A stretch of 62,000 nt of DNA from Chiloscyllium plagiosum (lineage: Eukaryota). Position numbers and translations under genes: made by a program. The notes under the pieces were generated by a model, which was given only the letters and a program-made list of their open reading frames with translations, did no database searches and was not told the DNA's origin. This document shows positions 1 through 13,074 of the stretch, piece by piece (within the stretch, counting starts at the first letter, position 1; each line of letters starts with the position of its first letter). Location: NCBI RefSeq assembly GCF_004010195.1, contig NC_057756.1:777805-839804 (forward strand), given 5' to 3'.

Positions 1-519
1 ATTTTAAGGAAACATACAAGTTTGGTAAAGAAATAAAGGAAGGCTAAACTTAAAGAGTGAGATAAATTAGTCGAAGCAGGGACTCAATCGTATTATATGA
101 ACAGTTATACTTCATGCTGTACTTGTGGAGAAGAAAAAGTGAGCATTTTGAGTTGTGGATGCCCCTTTCCTGGAATGGAAGTGCTTTGGAACATGATCAT
201 TTACATCTTCTCAATAAAAAGGAGCTGCAAGTCGAACAGTTGGTGGAATGGCCCACTACGAAATCAAAGTAGACAGCTAATTCTGGTAGACAATTTGCAT
301 AGACTGCAGAAGAAAGGATTTAGCTGATTGGACCTTCACAGGCTTTTTTACAGAACGTCAGTGCCCGTTTCCAGACCCCTGCATTTTTTCTTCCCGAATC
401 GGTGTGCTCTATTTGCATCAAAATGGTCTCGAAATGTCCTCTTCGACTGTTAAATTGAACTTGAGATAATCACATTTCATGGCAGTACATACGAGGATAA
501 GTTTTCAGAGCAGGGTAAG

Positions 520-1470
520 CATCTGGCACCTCCAGCCTGCTATGGAAGTCAATGAGATCATGGCTGATCTGTTTTTGTCGACTCAGCTCCAGTTAACCAT
601 CTGCGCACCACAACTCTTAATTCCTTTACTGGTGAAATATCTATATTTCCCTTAAAAAAATTCAAGAAGTAGCCACAACCACTTCACTGGGTGGGGAGTT
701 CCAGAAATTCACAACTATTAGGGGTAAGAAATTCCACATCAGTTCAATCGTAAATCAGCCCACACTCCTATTTTGACTCTATGCTCCCTATTTCTAGTTT
801 CACCCGTATATGCTTATGTTTTATCTATTCCTCTCATAATTGTAGAGGTTTCTATCATATCCCCCTTCGTTCTTCTAAATTTCAATGTGTAGAGTCTGAG
901 TCCACTCAATGGCACCTCCTAAGTAAAGCCTCTCAATTTCAGAATTAACATCCGATGCACCTCCTCCAGCGGTTCTTTGTCAATTAATATTCTTTGTCAA
1001 GTAAGCAGACCACAACTGCCTGCAATAATCCAGGGTGCGGCCTCAGCAGAACCCTATATAGCTGCAAAGTAACTTCCCTATTTTTAAACTCTATCCCTCT
1101 ACTAATGAAGAACAATATTCCATTTTCCATTGTACTATTGACTGTGTCAGCAAGTGTTTTTTCCCCACATTTGCTTGCTTCTTTTGCACATCAGTGGTCT
1201 TTCTTCCTTCATCCATTTACGCAGAGAAACAGCTTTTCACTGTCTATCCTATCCAGCCGACTCATTATTTCGGATCCTGTATAAACTCTAATCCCAGCCT
1301 CCTTCTCTCAAAGTAAAACAGGACCAACCACTTCAATAGATCCTCATATTGGAATTTTTTCATTGCTCTAACCGTTATTTTAAATCCTTTCTGCACTGTG
1401 TTCAAAGAAATCCAACCTTCCCACCAATATAGTGCCCATAACTGAACACAATATTCCGGCTGAAGTCAAA
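520..1470 (-). mobile_element. Degraded CR1-type LINE 3' fragments
   Basis: Reverse complement resembles the CR1 ORF2 C-terminus/3'UTR copies elsewhere in the window (e.g. 17560-18480). Confidence 0.6.
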
Positions 1471-1984
1471 CAAATGTAAACAGGTTCAACATCATCTACT
1501 GCGATTGAACTGTATGCCCCATTCATAAAATAAAGGGCACTGTAATTTTGGCAAACTGGTTTCCCCTGCTTTACAGCCACATTCAAAGCTGTATGTGAAA
1601 ACTCATTCATGCCGCACTGTTCCAGAAACACTTTCACAACGCTCCACTCTTGTTCATATTATTTTCCAATGTTCTTGCAAGCAACGTTATTCAGACCTAT
1701 ATTTCTGTACAGTGGAAATAATCTGACACCAAGCCACTCATTAGTTACAGATAGTAACAGATAGTTACACAATGTAAATTGGTTTCACCCAGTACATTTC
1801 AGTGACAGAAACAAATGTCAATTCCAAGCACGATTTTCATAAGAAGTAACGAATCAAGTTTTATGACTCAAAAGGAAAGTTACCTCACTGTATTAAGCTA
1901 TTTGTAAAACTGCTGAGGTAAAGATAAATGCTGACCTGTTTGAGCAACATTATTTAAATAATATATTATATTTTTCCTTGTTAG

Positions 1985-2011
1985 AGTTTGAAGACTTTCA
2001 GGCGAAGTGCA
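1985..2011 (+). CDS. Microexon E1 (27 nt, phase 1-1, class C) of the coiled-coil gene: (E)FEDFQAKC
   Basis: tttttccttgttag|AGTTTGAAGACTTTCAGGCGAAGTGCA|gtgagt; paralogous to E5 and E17 (same TGCA/gtRagt end). Confidence 0.85.
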
Positions 2012-2709
2012 GTGAGTAATTAAAGATACAACAGAAGGTTTGATGTGTATTCCCGACTTAAGAAAAATAACTTGTTGAACCGGAATTTCATGTGAACGTA
2101 TCATTGTTGAAATTGAAAATTTCTGAAAGTAAGTTTCAAAGACACAAAGCATAGGTTTTTTACATTTACCATTTTGCTATGAAGATATCAACGAAATAAA
2201 GTAAGAATCTTCACAAAAATATCAGTGAGCGAAGACAATAATCATAAGGTTCTGCAAATTCTGTAAGCTCATTGGTCATTTAGATGATAGGACAGAAGCA
2301 ATGAAAATCCCAACAACAAATAACTACAAACTGAAGCGAAGCAAGACAGAATGTAACATAATGTGAGTAATTGCATAAAAATAGTACAGGTTCAGAAAAT
2401 AAAAGAAAATTAACATTTCAAACAAAAAGGAAAAGTCACAAGAAATGGTTTTGGTCCATTGATAATAAGCCTGAAAAACTGAGAATTGAAGACGTGGCAA
2501 ATGTTCAGGTCGCTAGCAATTCTTTATTCACTGCAGAAATGCTAGCACTAAAAAAAAGCTTAGTACTGAAAAAAATATTTTGCAATACATTGTGAGTTGT
2601 TGCAGATTAACAGAATATGTAGTGGATAGTGAGAGTCAAATATATTTAATGAAAATCTGTGAGGACGGCCAAATGTTTTATTTACTTAGGCATACATTTA
2701 CTCACAGGC

Positions 2710-3050
2710 ACACAAACATTTGGGTGCACAGTGGCCTTGTGGTGTTATCGCTGTACTATTAATCCAAACACCTAGACAACATTCTGGAGACATGAATTCA
2801 AATATGTCCGTGGTGGATATTGAATTAAATAAAAATTAGCATCATGATATTTCTGACGATTGCAGCAATGGGACCCAACTGCTTCGTTGATGTTCTTTAG
2901 GGAAGGAGACTACCATGCTAAGCTTTTCTGATATTCATGTGACTTCAGACCCAAAGTAAAATCTTTGCTTTATAACTCTGGACAATTACAGATTGGCAAT
3001 AAATTCTGATCAAAGTAGTGACGACCTCATCCCTTGAATGAAAAAAAAAA
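2710..3050 (+). mobile_element. Old tRNA-headed SINE (possibly SacSINE1/DeuSINE-like) with a ...catcccttgaatgaaaaaa tail
   Basis: Degenerate A/B-box-like head (gtggccttgtggt... gaattcaaat); tail resembles that at about 4330-4410; family assignment is from memory only. Confidence 0.45.
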
Positions 3051-3597
3051 TACTGTTCACATATGTCAGCTTTTAAATTTGCCAGAAAATTAATTAAGAC
3101 TTTTTTAAGAGTACTAATGTTTGCATGTTACCTGTTCTGACTGATTTGTGACTTTTGATCTCCAACAGTGTGTTGATGAATAAGTACTCCTGAAATAGAG
3201 TAGCGGCACTTTTCTTGGCTGTATCCACCACAAATTCTAAATACTGGAATGCAACAGGGCATCGATATAAGCACCTGAAGTTATTTAACCAAACATAAAG
3301 CATTGAAAACACGATTTTCAGTATTTTTCCGTAGAAAGGACAAACAACGGTCATTTCTTGAAATATTCATAAAATCATATCTGGAGAATATGCCTCAGAC
3401 TCGACCATCTCGATTTGTCGATGTATTTCAACCTATGAACAGGACATATCCACAAGTCTCTGCAGCACATTCTGAGTAATCCTCAGAATTTCCAATATCG
3501 ACTCAGACCCACATGACAGAACTGGGCGGGAGTAAGAGTGAATACTTCTTATATCTCCGCAGTACTTGTCCACTATTTATAAATCAGAAGTAGGAAG

Positions 3598-3900
3598 GGA
3601 TTAGATTCCCTACAGTGTGGAACCAGACCCTTCAGCCCAACAAGCCCACACCAACCCTCCGAAAAGCATCCCACCCAGACACATTCCCATACATTTACCC
3701 GTGATTAATGCACCCAACATTATGGGCAATTAAGCATGGCCAATACACCTAACCTGCACATCTTTGGATGTGGGAGGAAACCATAGCACCCAGAGGAAAC
3801 CCACGCAGATACGGGGAGAACGTGCAAACTCCACACAAACAGTTGCCGGACAAAGGATTTCAACTCGGGTCCATGGTGCTGTGAGGCAGAGTGCGGCCTT
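3598..3900 (-). mobile_element. HE1/V-SINE-type tRNA-derived shark SINE
   Basis: Reverse complement of the family seen at 60390-60690; tail gattagattccc. Confidence 0.85.
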
Positions 3901-5100
3901 AAATGCAGTGACATTACCTCCACCTATCAATCGGTGCACTCCTGCAACAATTATAAATGTTGAAATTATGTTGAAAATAGAAAACCATTGATTTGTTAAA
4001 CCATTCACCTCCTTCATCAATCATGTGCTTCACTTTGATCCATAGTGACATTAGTATTTACCATCTACAAGATGAGATGCATGGAATCATCGATAACATA
4101 CCAGTATCACTGTCTCGCCCAGTGATCTCCACCCGTTAAGTGAACAAGGATGACACTAATGTGAGAAAACTATTATTTGCAAGTTCTGCTGAAGCTACAG
4201 ATCATACTGACCTTAAAGAATTTCACGTTGAAAATTTGAAGTTATACAGTGTGTTTTGAATCCCTTTCAAACTGCGAAGCAAGTGTTCCTCCACACTAAG
4301 GTGAACAGCGCTTGAAATTGCAGTTTACTGACGTCATCTTTAGGGCAATGAAGGAATAGCAATAAATGCTGATATAGTCAAGCACCGTCATATCTGTGAA
4401 TGAATAAAAATGCTCTGGCTATGCCAGAGTTAAATTATACGCAATTACTCAACTTACGTCAGGGTGAAAGTCATGGCCCTTGATATCATTTGTGGGTTTC
4501 CAGATGTTTTCCACAGATTTGTGAATTTTCCAGTAAAACACAGTTAGGTAATCTTTTTTTCTGACTTCTTTGGAAAATTGGATTTTGAGTGGTGAGCTGA
4601 CAGGTTTTCAAAAAGTTGTGACATGTTTAAGTGAAGGAGACAAGGAACATATATTTCCACAAGTTTATGGTACTAGGTCTTGATACAGAATTTACACTTG
4701 AACAAAGAAATTTGGAAAGTTACTAATATGTTAATACCTGAACATACCATTTGTTCAGGAACGTATTCATCATTGTTCGAGACATAATTTTTAGATATAT
4801 TGAAGTTAGACCTTGTTATTTCTCTGAAATTGATGTGTGTAAACTGCCATGATCCTGTCGAACAAGATATAGCAACAAATTGTATTTAATGGTACAAAGC
4901 GAAAATTAAAAGTTATCCCTATTGCCTTAGCTGGAACGTTTCCAACTCAAGCTCCGGAAGAGTTGGGATTATTGGATTTTATCTCCTTATTGTCTGTATG
5001 TATTCTGCATCACAATTTTGTCTCTGAAGAGTGGATCGAAATCCGTTTGACATGTCCTGATATGAGTTGTCTAATCTGACGTCTTTTGGGTTTTTTTCAG

Positions 5101-5127
5101 AAACCAATACTGAGAAGATGGATGCAG
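5101..5127 (+). CDS. Microexon E2 (27 nt, class A): KTNTEKMDA
   Basis: tttttttcag|AAACCAATACTGAGAAGATGGATGCAG|gtaaatt; shares the GGATGCAG/gtaaatt end with E18. Confidence 0.85.
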
Positions 5128-8100
5128 GTAAATTACTTAATTTAATTTGCAATACGTATGCTTTCAATCATGGCTTAGTACATTAAAAATAGGTGCAAAA
5201 TGTAATCATCAAATGTTTGGTAGAACTGTCAGTTGGTGATACTGTCAAACTGCGAGAAATTGACTTCCAAAATGCATTGTTATAAATGACCATTCAGCAG
5301 GATATGGCCATTGTCTATGACATCACAGTGTGACTGATGTTTGAACTGACATGAATAGCATCAGAATTGCATTTTCTTTCGTTGTGTGTGGGACAATGCT
5401 TTTTGAAAAATGGGAGTTAACTTTCTGACCGTATATGTATAGCAATATTCGATGTGTCACGTATATGTTTGAAGAGTTTTGATTTCATAAAGCAAGAGAT
5501 AAAATTGGCAAGGCATTTTGCTACGAGATGCTTAGGACACACTTTGCAAAAGCAGAAGTAATGCTACTGTTATAGATTAGGCCAGAAAACTCAAAACATT
5601 CTTGAGCACGCAGCCCAGACCATAACGTTGCAATTTGTTTTGGTGAGTATACAGTGAGAATTAGCCAGTGCAAGCTAGCGAGGTTAACGAGTAGGTTTTA
5701 AATCAGGCAGGAATTTATTGACAAAATTTCACAAAGAAACACAAAGAACAGAGTAAAGAACCCCGACAGAAATCAGTCTATCCAAACTAGTCTTAATTTT
5801 GCTGTTCTGAATAGAGACAACAGTGCCAATAAGCAAATCCCTTAAAACACAGTGAAAAATGGAACAGATGCTTACAGGTTGAAGTTAGAAGGGCAGAAAG
5901 AGAGAGAGAGAGAGTTTCTATGCAGCTCACCGTTGACCTCCCAACTAGTTCTGGACTAAATGCACAGGTAGAAATCTGACTACTCCCCGTTCATTACACA
6001 GATCACTTCTAAAACATGGCCACTTTGGCCTGAAGTCTCATTTGCTTACATATAAACAAAATGTAGTCGCAATATCCTTTAATCTCTGTACCCAAACAAT
6101 CCAATCGGAGCCGGGCCCATTAACGACCCGTCTGAAACAAAATAAGGACACAGTATCCTTGAGAATGAACAGCTTTGAGAGCAAAACTGACAAGCTTTGT
6201 GACGCCTCCCTCCTTACAAAAACGAACCATCAATATTAAAAGATGGTGTCATTTTAGAACCCTTCAAAAACACGGTTAATAGTGTAAACACACATATACA
6301 CCAAACTAACTACAAACATGTAAATATGCAGAAACATGCAAATTTATGCCATAGCACACCTCTGACCGAACGCCTCCATATCTCATTCCAGCCTCGATAA
6401 CGCATCAGCAATCACTTTTTCATGGAATACAACGTGCACATTTGTCAAATTGAATGGCTGCAGCACGAAGCTCCATCTAAACAGTCCAGCATTTTTGTTC
6501 TTAAACTTTTCCACTCATGTCAATGTGTTGTGATCAGTGTATAGGTTGTCTCAGATGCATTGCTGGTAATATAAACACTGAAATGTTGCAAAACCAGCAT
6601 TAAGCTTAGAGTCGCTTTCTCCATTGTTGAATATTTCTGTTGATGAACAGTCAGCTTCCAAGAAAAATACCCGATGGGTCTTTCCATCCCCGCATCATCC
6701 TCCTGCAGGTGCACCATACCAACACCAATATCACTGGACCGATAGCCACCTTGAAAGGCTTCGTAAAATCCAGTGTGGCAAATGCTGCAGCAGTGATTAA
6801 CACAGTTTTTAGGCTTTCAAATGCATTTTGACAGTCCGCTGTCCACTGAAACTTCTTGCCCTTTTTTAAACAAATTGGTGCTTGGAGCAGCCACTGTGCA
6901 AACGTTTGATAAAATCCACTTAACCCCAGGAACCGTAGCATTGCTTTTTTTGTCGACAGTGTGGGAAATGGCCAAATTACTTTCTTTTTCACATCCCGTG
7001 GGGCCATTTGTCCATGTGAAATAACATGGCCCAGGAAGGTTACTTGGGCTTTGGAAAATTCACTTTTGCCTAGGTTTACCACTGAGCCTGCCTTCCGAAG
7101 TCGATTGAAAAAAGTCTGATAATGCTGTAAATGTTTCTTCCATGCGTGACACAAAAGTCACCATGCCATCAATAAAGTCCACACAGCTGGGTTATCCAGC
7201 AATGACTTTATTAGTCAGTCTCTGAACTGTGGTCGAAGCGTTTTCATACTTTGAACTGATATAGTCCATTTGGTGTTATGAAAGCCGAAATTTCTTTTGC
7301 TGTCTCTGACAGAGGTACTTGCCAGTAGCCTCTGATCAAGTTCAACTTAAAAATGTAAGTTGCTTATCCCACTTTTTCGAGTAGGTTTTAAATCAGGCAG
7401 ACATTTATTCACAAAATTTCACAATGAAACACAAAAAGCAGAGCAAAGAACCCCGACAGTCCTCCCAGCGTGGAATTGGATATGCATCAGTCATTGTAGC
7501 GGTGTTAAATTTGTGATCCTCTATGCATCACCATTAGGTATCATCTGGCTTTGGCACCATGATTATGGGTGAGCTCCAGTCACTGTAACTCACTTCGATT
7601 ATGCATTTTTGAAGCATGCTCTAAATGTCCTTCTGAACCTGTGCCAAATTCAGAGGGATACGCCTATAAGAATGCTGCTTAATTTGAACAGCATCTTCTA
7701 TATCTATATCATGCACAATTCGGTTAGTACCTCCCTGTTCATTTCCACAGATCGCCCCACATGATAGTAATCACTCTTTCAGGTCATTTCGATTTTCTTG
7801 TGGAAGGTCAACAATTTGTCCCAATCTTTGACAACTTCCTCTTGGTCCGATTTGATTTGAGGAATGTCCAATTCAGATTCGTCTGAACTTGGTTCTTCTT
7901 TCCGTGCTGTAATCATGGGCACCTTCTCCTCTTGCATTCCTTCCCTATAAAAATACCTTCTGACCATATTCACGTGACACACTCTGTGAAATGTCTTCCT
8001 GTCTGGACTTCTTATGAAGTAGTTCACTTCACTCAATTTCCTCTCGATGTGATAAGGGCCACTAAACCTGGCTTTTAAAGGTTCACCTGCTACTGGAATT

Positions 8101-8694
8101 AACACAAATACTTTACCCTCAATTTCAAGACTGTGAATTCGTGATTACTTATCCACTTCCTGTTTCATTGCAAACTGTGATACTTTTAAATGCTGTCTAG
8201 CCAACTCTCCAGCTTTATTTAATCGTTCCCTGAAATGTGCCACATAGTCCAAATGGGTGGTCTCTGAATTCTGGATTATTAATTTTTCCGAATCATTTTT
8301 AATGGTTCTCTTACTTCTTGCTCAAACAATAATTCCAGTGGGCTGAATTTCTTTGATTCATTTGTTAAATCTCTGATCGCAAAATTTGCAATGGATTAGC
8401 CTTGTCTCAATCATCTGGATAATCCTGACCATAAGCCCTCAACATGCTCTTTATGTTTCATGCCACCTCTCTAGCGCTCCCTGCGATTCTGAATTGTACA
8501 AAGTAGATTTGAATGGCTTGATTCCCAAGTTACCGATAACCTCCTTGAATAGCTTGGATGTGAAGTTTGATCCTTGATCTGACTGGGTCTCTATTGGTAG
8601 TCCGTATCCAGTCAAAGAAAAAGTAATTCTTCTACAATCATTTTAGCTAGAAGTTGCATAATGGGATTGCCTTTGGAGATCGAGTCAACGCATT

Positions 8695-8856
8695 GCATGG
8701 TTTGTGAAGGGTTGTAGCTCAGGTTGAGGTTCAGGGTGTAGGTTTGCTCGCTGAGCTGTAGGTTTGACATCCAGTCGTTTCATTACCTGGCTAGGTAACA
8801 TCATCAGTGGCGACCTCCAAGTGAAGTGAAGCTGTTGTCTCCTGCTTTCTATTTAT
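8695..8856 (-). mobile_element. Penelope (Poseidon-type) pLTR fragment with hammerhead ribozyme core, inserted in the Gypsy integrase
   Basis: Near-identical to 33520-33680 and to the reverse complement of 57910-58072. Confidence 0.85.
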
Positions 8857-11209
8857 TCATTCATTATTGTTAATAAATTCTTGTTTCCTCTTTTTGTTTG
8901 AGGTAGGGGGTCTACGCAATCAATCGAGACTATTGCAAAAGATTCCTCAAATGCTGGTTTAGGTATTAAAAGTGCAGGTTTTATTACTTCACGTGTTTTT
9001 CAGATTAGCTGACGTGTATGGCTCATCTGGTAAAATTCCACTACATTCTTGTGCAGTTCAGGCCAGTAAAAATATCTTTGTATTTTAGCCTGTGTTTTCC
9101 TCACCCCTAAATTACCTCCAAGTGGTAGCTCATGCGCCATTCGCAGCACCTCCATTCTGTACCCTACTGGCAAAACAATTTTATGAATCTCTGTCCATTT
9201 CTGATCTGTTTGAATGTGTGATGGTCTCCATTTCCTCATGAAGAAACCATTTGTTAAGTAATAACAAACAAGTATGCATTCAATCTCCTTCTCTGTAAAT
9301 GCTTTATGATATAACTGTTTTAAATTATCATCTTGTTCTAATGCAATCAGCTTAGCAGAGCTAAAAATATTTGCATGTTTACCTATTTGCTTCTGTTCTG
9401 TGCCACTTACCTGATCAGAAAAGATCTCGGATAAAGCTGCGTCAGCTTCCTTATCTGTGACTTATCTGATTCAGCTTGTGCCTCTGTTATCTTGTGACCA
9501 CACAATCTGGGAAAATTCTGAAATAAACGCCCTTCATGTCTTCCGTTGCCTGCATCTACACTGGCTTTTCAACTATGCCTACTGGCGAATCAGCAATATA
9601 ATTTTCAAGGACAATCTTTATTCCTGGAGCTGAGAGTTTGTCCAGTACACCCACCAAAAATTATCCACTCTCCTTTGGACGCACTAGCCTAACTTTACAT
9701 AATTGAGCCCATATTTTCTCACCATGAATTCCTGTTACGAGTGCCATTTCTGGCAATAATTCCTCAGAAGTACATATCTCCTCATTTTTCAGCATTACAG
9801 GACGAGATGATCCTGTGTCCTTTAATATTGTCACCTCTTTACCTGCTACTCCTGGCCTATGTGAATACACTTGACTCATGCATGTTTATTTTTTAAGCAG
9901 ATCTGGCAGTTCCTCCTTCATCAATCTCTGATAATCTTTTTACACTCTGAGGCAGTTGTCTAACTTCCCTTGGGCTTTGTGTTACTCGTCCAACAAAACT
10001 CCCAGGCTTGGCCGGTTTTCCTCCATCTGGCTTTCTCCTAGCCCACCACCAGTTTGATTTCATGTGTCCCACTTTATTACAATGAAAACACCAGAGCTTT
10101 GTAACTTCTTTGTCCCCCTCAAGATTTCTTTATTATCCTGCGGTAATTTATCCTTATGATCTTTACTGAGCTCTCCCTTTCCCTTTCCACGTGTGGATTT
10201 CAGTTTGCCCCAATTTCTATCCCTCATAGACTGAAATTGATTCTGTAAGCCAAACCTAGTTTGTGAACCAGCTCATAATCATCAGTCACTTCAACCTTTT
10301 GGTTTGCACTCCCTGCTCTTCCACATGAGTTTGCATTACTTCCTCACTAAGCCTACCCTCAACTTTTATATCCAGCCTTTTAAGCTGAATTTCCTTTGTA
10401 AGTGCTAGTTTTTGAATTTCTAGAGCTCTATCTTTTTTTCTTTCTCTGCTCTCCTTTTCCCTCTCTTCTGCTTCTCTCTCTTTTTCTCTCTGTTCTGTTG
10501 CTCTCTCGTTTTCCCTATCTTCTGTTTTAGTCATTTCTGCTGCCCTTTCCTTATCTTCCGTCTCTAACTCAAGCTGCTTCATTTGCAATCGAATACTTGC
10601 CATCTTGTCTCGACTCTTATGGTTTCTTCAGCAAGTTAATTTTGAAGTACTGCTGTAATTATCTGTCCTTTCCTCGCAGAGGGAGGCAGTTCCAATTCCA
10701 GCTTGTCTGCTAATTCCTGCAGTTTGGTCTTATTCAACTTTTGGAAAACTTCCAAAGTCACTGCATAAACTTCGAGAAAACGTTTAACGACCGAAAAAAC
10801 CATTACTATCTCAGGTTTTGTCTACCCAATCAAACCAACACCCGAAATAAAGACACTAACGCTCGCAGTTTAGAAACCCGCAGAAAACTTCCAATCTGTT
10901 ATGGTCTAGGCCAGACCACAAAAAAACATTCGTGAGCAGGCAACCTGGACCATGACTTTGCAATCTGCTGTCGTAAGTTTCCAGTTGGAATTACGTGGAG
11001 TAAGCTAGCAAGGTTGAATATTAGGTTTGAAAATAGACAAAAATTTAGTCACAAAATTACACAATGAAACACACAAAGATAAAACAGAATAAAGAACCCC
11101 TATAGAACTCAATCCATCCAACTGGACTTAATTATGCTGTTCACAATATACACAATTGTCCCAACAAGCAAACCCCCTTAAAAATGGAACTGATGCTTAC
11201 AGGCTAAAG

Positions 11210-11211
<2 letters not shown>

Positions 11212-11259
<48 letters not shown>

Positions 11260-11339
11260 GCAGAGAGAGAGAGGTAGACAGAGAGAGAGAGACACAGAGA
11301 GAGAGACAGAGAGAGAGAGAGACAGAGAGAGAGAGAGAC

Positions 11340-11370
<31 letters not shown>
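11212..11370. repeat. (AG)n/(AGAC)n microsatellite inside the 5' LTR
   Basis: Direct reading; the equivalent tract in the other LTR (about 5899-5914) is short. Confidence 0.97.
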
Positions 11371-11423
11371 TTCTACGCGGCTCACTATTGAACTCCCAAC
11401 TAGTTCTAGGCTGCACTGCTCAG

Positions 11424-11523
11424 GTGGAAACGAAAGTGTGGCGTTGGAAAAGCAGAGTAGGTCAGCCACCATCCGAGGAGCTGAAAAATCAACGTTTCGG
11501 GCAAAAGACCTCCATCAGGAAGG
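11424..11523 (-). mobile_element. Neptune-type Penelope terminal fragment inserted in the LTR
   Basis: Matches 37885-37962, 44085-44165 and 45555-45640; absent from the other LTR. Confidence 0.75.
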
Positions 11524-11832
11524 TGTCCTTTCAGAAATAGCCATTCCCCCTTCATTACACAGTTCGCTTCTGAAACATGACTGTTTTGTCCTCAAGACTC
11601 ATTTGCTTAGATAAAAACAAAGTCTTCCAATACCCGTTAATCTCTGTACCAAAGCAGTCTAAGCAGAGCCAGGACCGTTTATGATTCCTCTGAAAAAGAA
11701 ATCAAGGACACGGTATCCTTGAGATAAGAAAAGCTTTTTGGAAAAAATAGACCAGCTTTGTAACACTGCACATAAGAGGATTTCGAGAAAACGAAGGGAA
11801 ACTGATAAATTATATCTCTGTCCTGATTTCAG

Positions 11833-11868
11833 AAATAAAAGACATCAAAGTTAAACTACAAGAATGTG
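11833..11868 (+). CDS. Microexon E3 (36 nt): EIKDIKVKLQEC
   Basis: cctgatttcag|AAATAAAAGACATCAAAGTTAAACTACAAGAATGTG|gtgagc; in frame, with I/I/L/C at 3-4 spacing. Confidence 0.85.
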
Positions 11869-12751
11869 GTGAGCACATATTGAACGAAACTATAACGTCA
11901 TGTACTAAATTAGAATATAATTAATGTCCATGTGGAAGCTTTGACAATGAAGTCAGTGACTGCATATTGATTATCACTGCAATGGTGATAAAATGCAACA
12001 GACACATTTCCTCAGATAAGGGTTAGATTGTATATTGGCGAGAACAATAACGAATTAGCTTTGCTCTGGTTGATATTGTGTTTTGATATTATCTGTTTTA
12101 GCAATCTATACTGTTCAGCTAGAGATGAGGTCCTTCGTTTGGGTGGGTTCTCTCTGGACGTGTTCAGCTTTGCATTAGGATCAACCTCAATAAGCTGATT
12201 GAGGTTATTTATGGGAATGCTTGGGGCTGCTCTCTGAGAAGTGGTTTGGCCTACGATTTGGCTATATACCAAATAAGCGCTGGGTGAAGGTGGCCCTGTT
12301 TCAGCTTGGCTATGCAAAGTCATAGCTCGGAGTGAAGTAGCAGTATGCAACATCCTTTTATCGATGGTGCCCTTAGAGTTGTGCCAGTACGTATGTGAAA
12401 TTGCTTGCCCACAGCTTTAATACACAGAGACTTCAGAAAGGATGATATCAGTATTACTGCACGATTTTATTTCTGTGATCTAGCTATACGAGTATGGATA
12501 CATTTGATTTAGATATATGCGATTGCATGCAACTCTGATGGCACATTTGTATAGAAATCATCAAGATGTGGTTGGTTCGAGTGAAATAATTTTTCTGAGA
12601 TTTCAATTTGCATTAAATCAATTGACTGTTGTGCTGGATACAGGTGGGCAAGCTGGAAATGGGGTAGAATAACTGAGGTATGAGTGACTTTCTGGCATGA
12701 CAAAATCATGTTTGACTGGGGATGGTTAAATAACAGCTAGAACAGACAGCT

Positions 12752-13074
12752 AGGGCGGCATGCTGGCTCAGTACCTCGCACTGCTGCTTCACAACACCAG
12801 GGATCTGGGATCTATTCTGGCCTCAGAGATTGCCTGTGTGGATTTTGCATGTTGTCTGCGTGGGTTTCCTCTGGGTGCTCTGGTTTCCATCCACAACCCA
12901 AAAGTTTGTAGTTTAGGTGAACCGGCTGTGCTAACTTGCCCAAAGTGTGTGTTCAGGCTTGTGTAGGTTCGATACATTAGTCAGAGGTGATAATAGGGGA
13001 ATGGGTCTGGGTGAGTTACTCTTCGGAGTACTTGTGGGGCTTGTTTCCATGCTGTAGAATTTCTATAGTTCTAA
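12752..13074 (+). mobile_element. HE1/V-SINE-type SINE
   Basis: gggcggcatgctggctcagt head, central gtgggtttcctc..ggtgctc, 3' tgtttcca tail. Confidence 0.85.

Larger units (their letters stand above)
5568..11765 (-). mobile_element. Decayed Gmr1-like Ty3/Gypsy LTR retrotransposon (LTR-gag-PR-IN-RT-RH-LTR)
   Basis: Paired LTRs 5568-6204 and 10897-11765 (TGTTAT...TGTAACA); flanks ctac/ctgc (imperfect 4-bp TSD); PPT complement cctccctcctt at 6205; remnants of a zinc knuckle (CFHCNKVGH, about 10060-10092), protease (ILKDTGSS), integrase (AHELPLGGNLGVRKT; ARFSGPY), RT (FLGHVI, FLGLSGFY) and RNase H (PIGYFS, YSTMEKA); many frameshifts. Confidence 0.92.

Noticed and set aside
2185..4547. Candidate 16-nt (2185-2200) and 14-nt (4534-4547) exons that together would keep frame (NINEINKTQL)
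   Set aside because: Neither is a multiple of 3 or resembles an exon class, and the paralogous C-to-A junctions (E5-E6, E17-E18) are direct.
10286..10603. 105-aa charged coiled-coil ORF
   Set aside because: Minus strand and inside the LTR element; it is the retrotransposon gag region, not part of the host gene.
11156..11614. 152-aa ER-rich ORF and antisense SL-rich ORFs
   Set aside because: Translations of the (AG)n microsatellite in an LTR.
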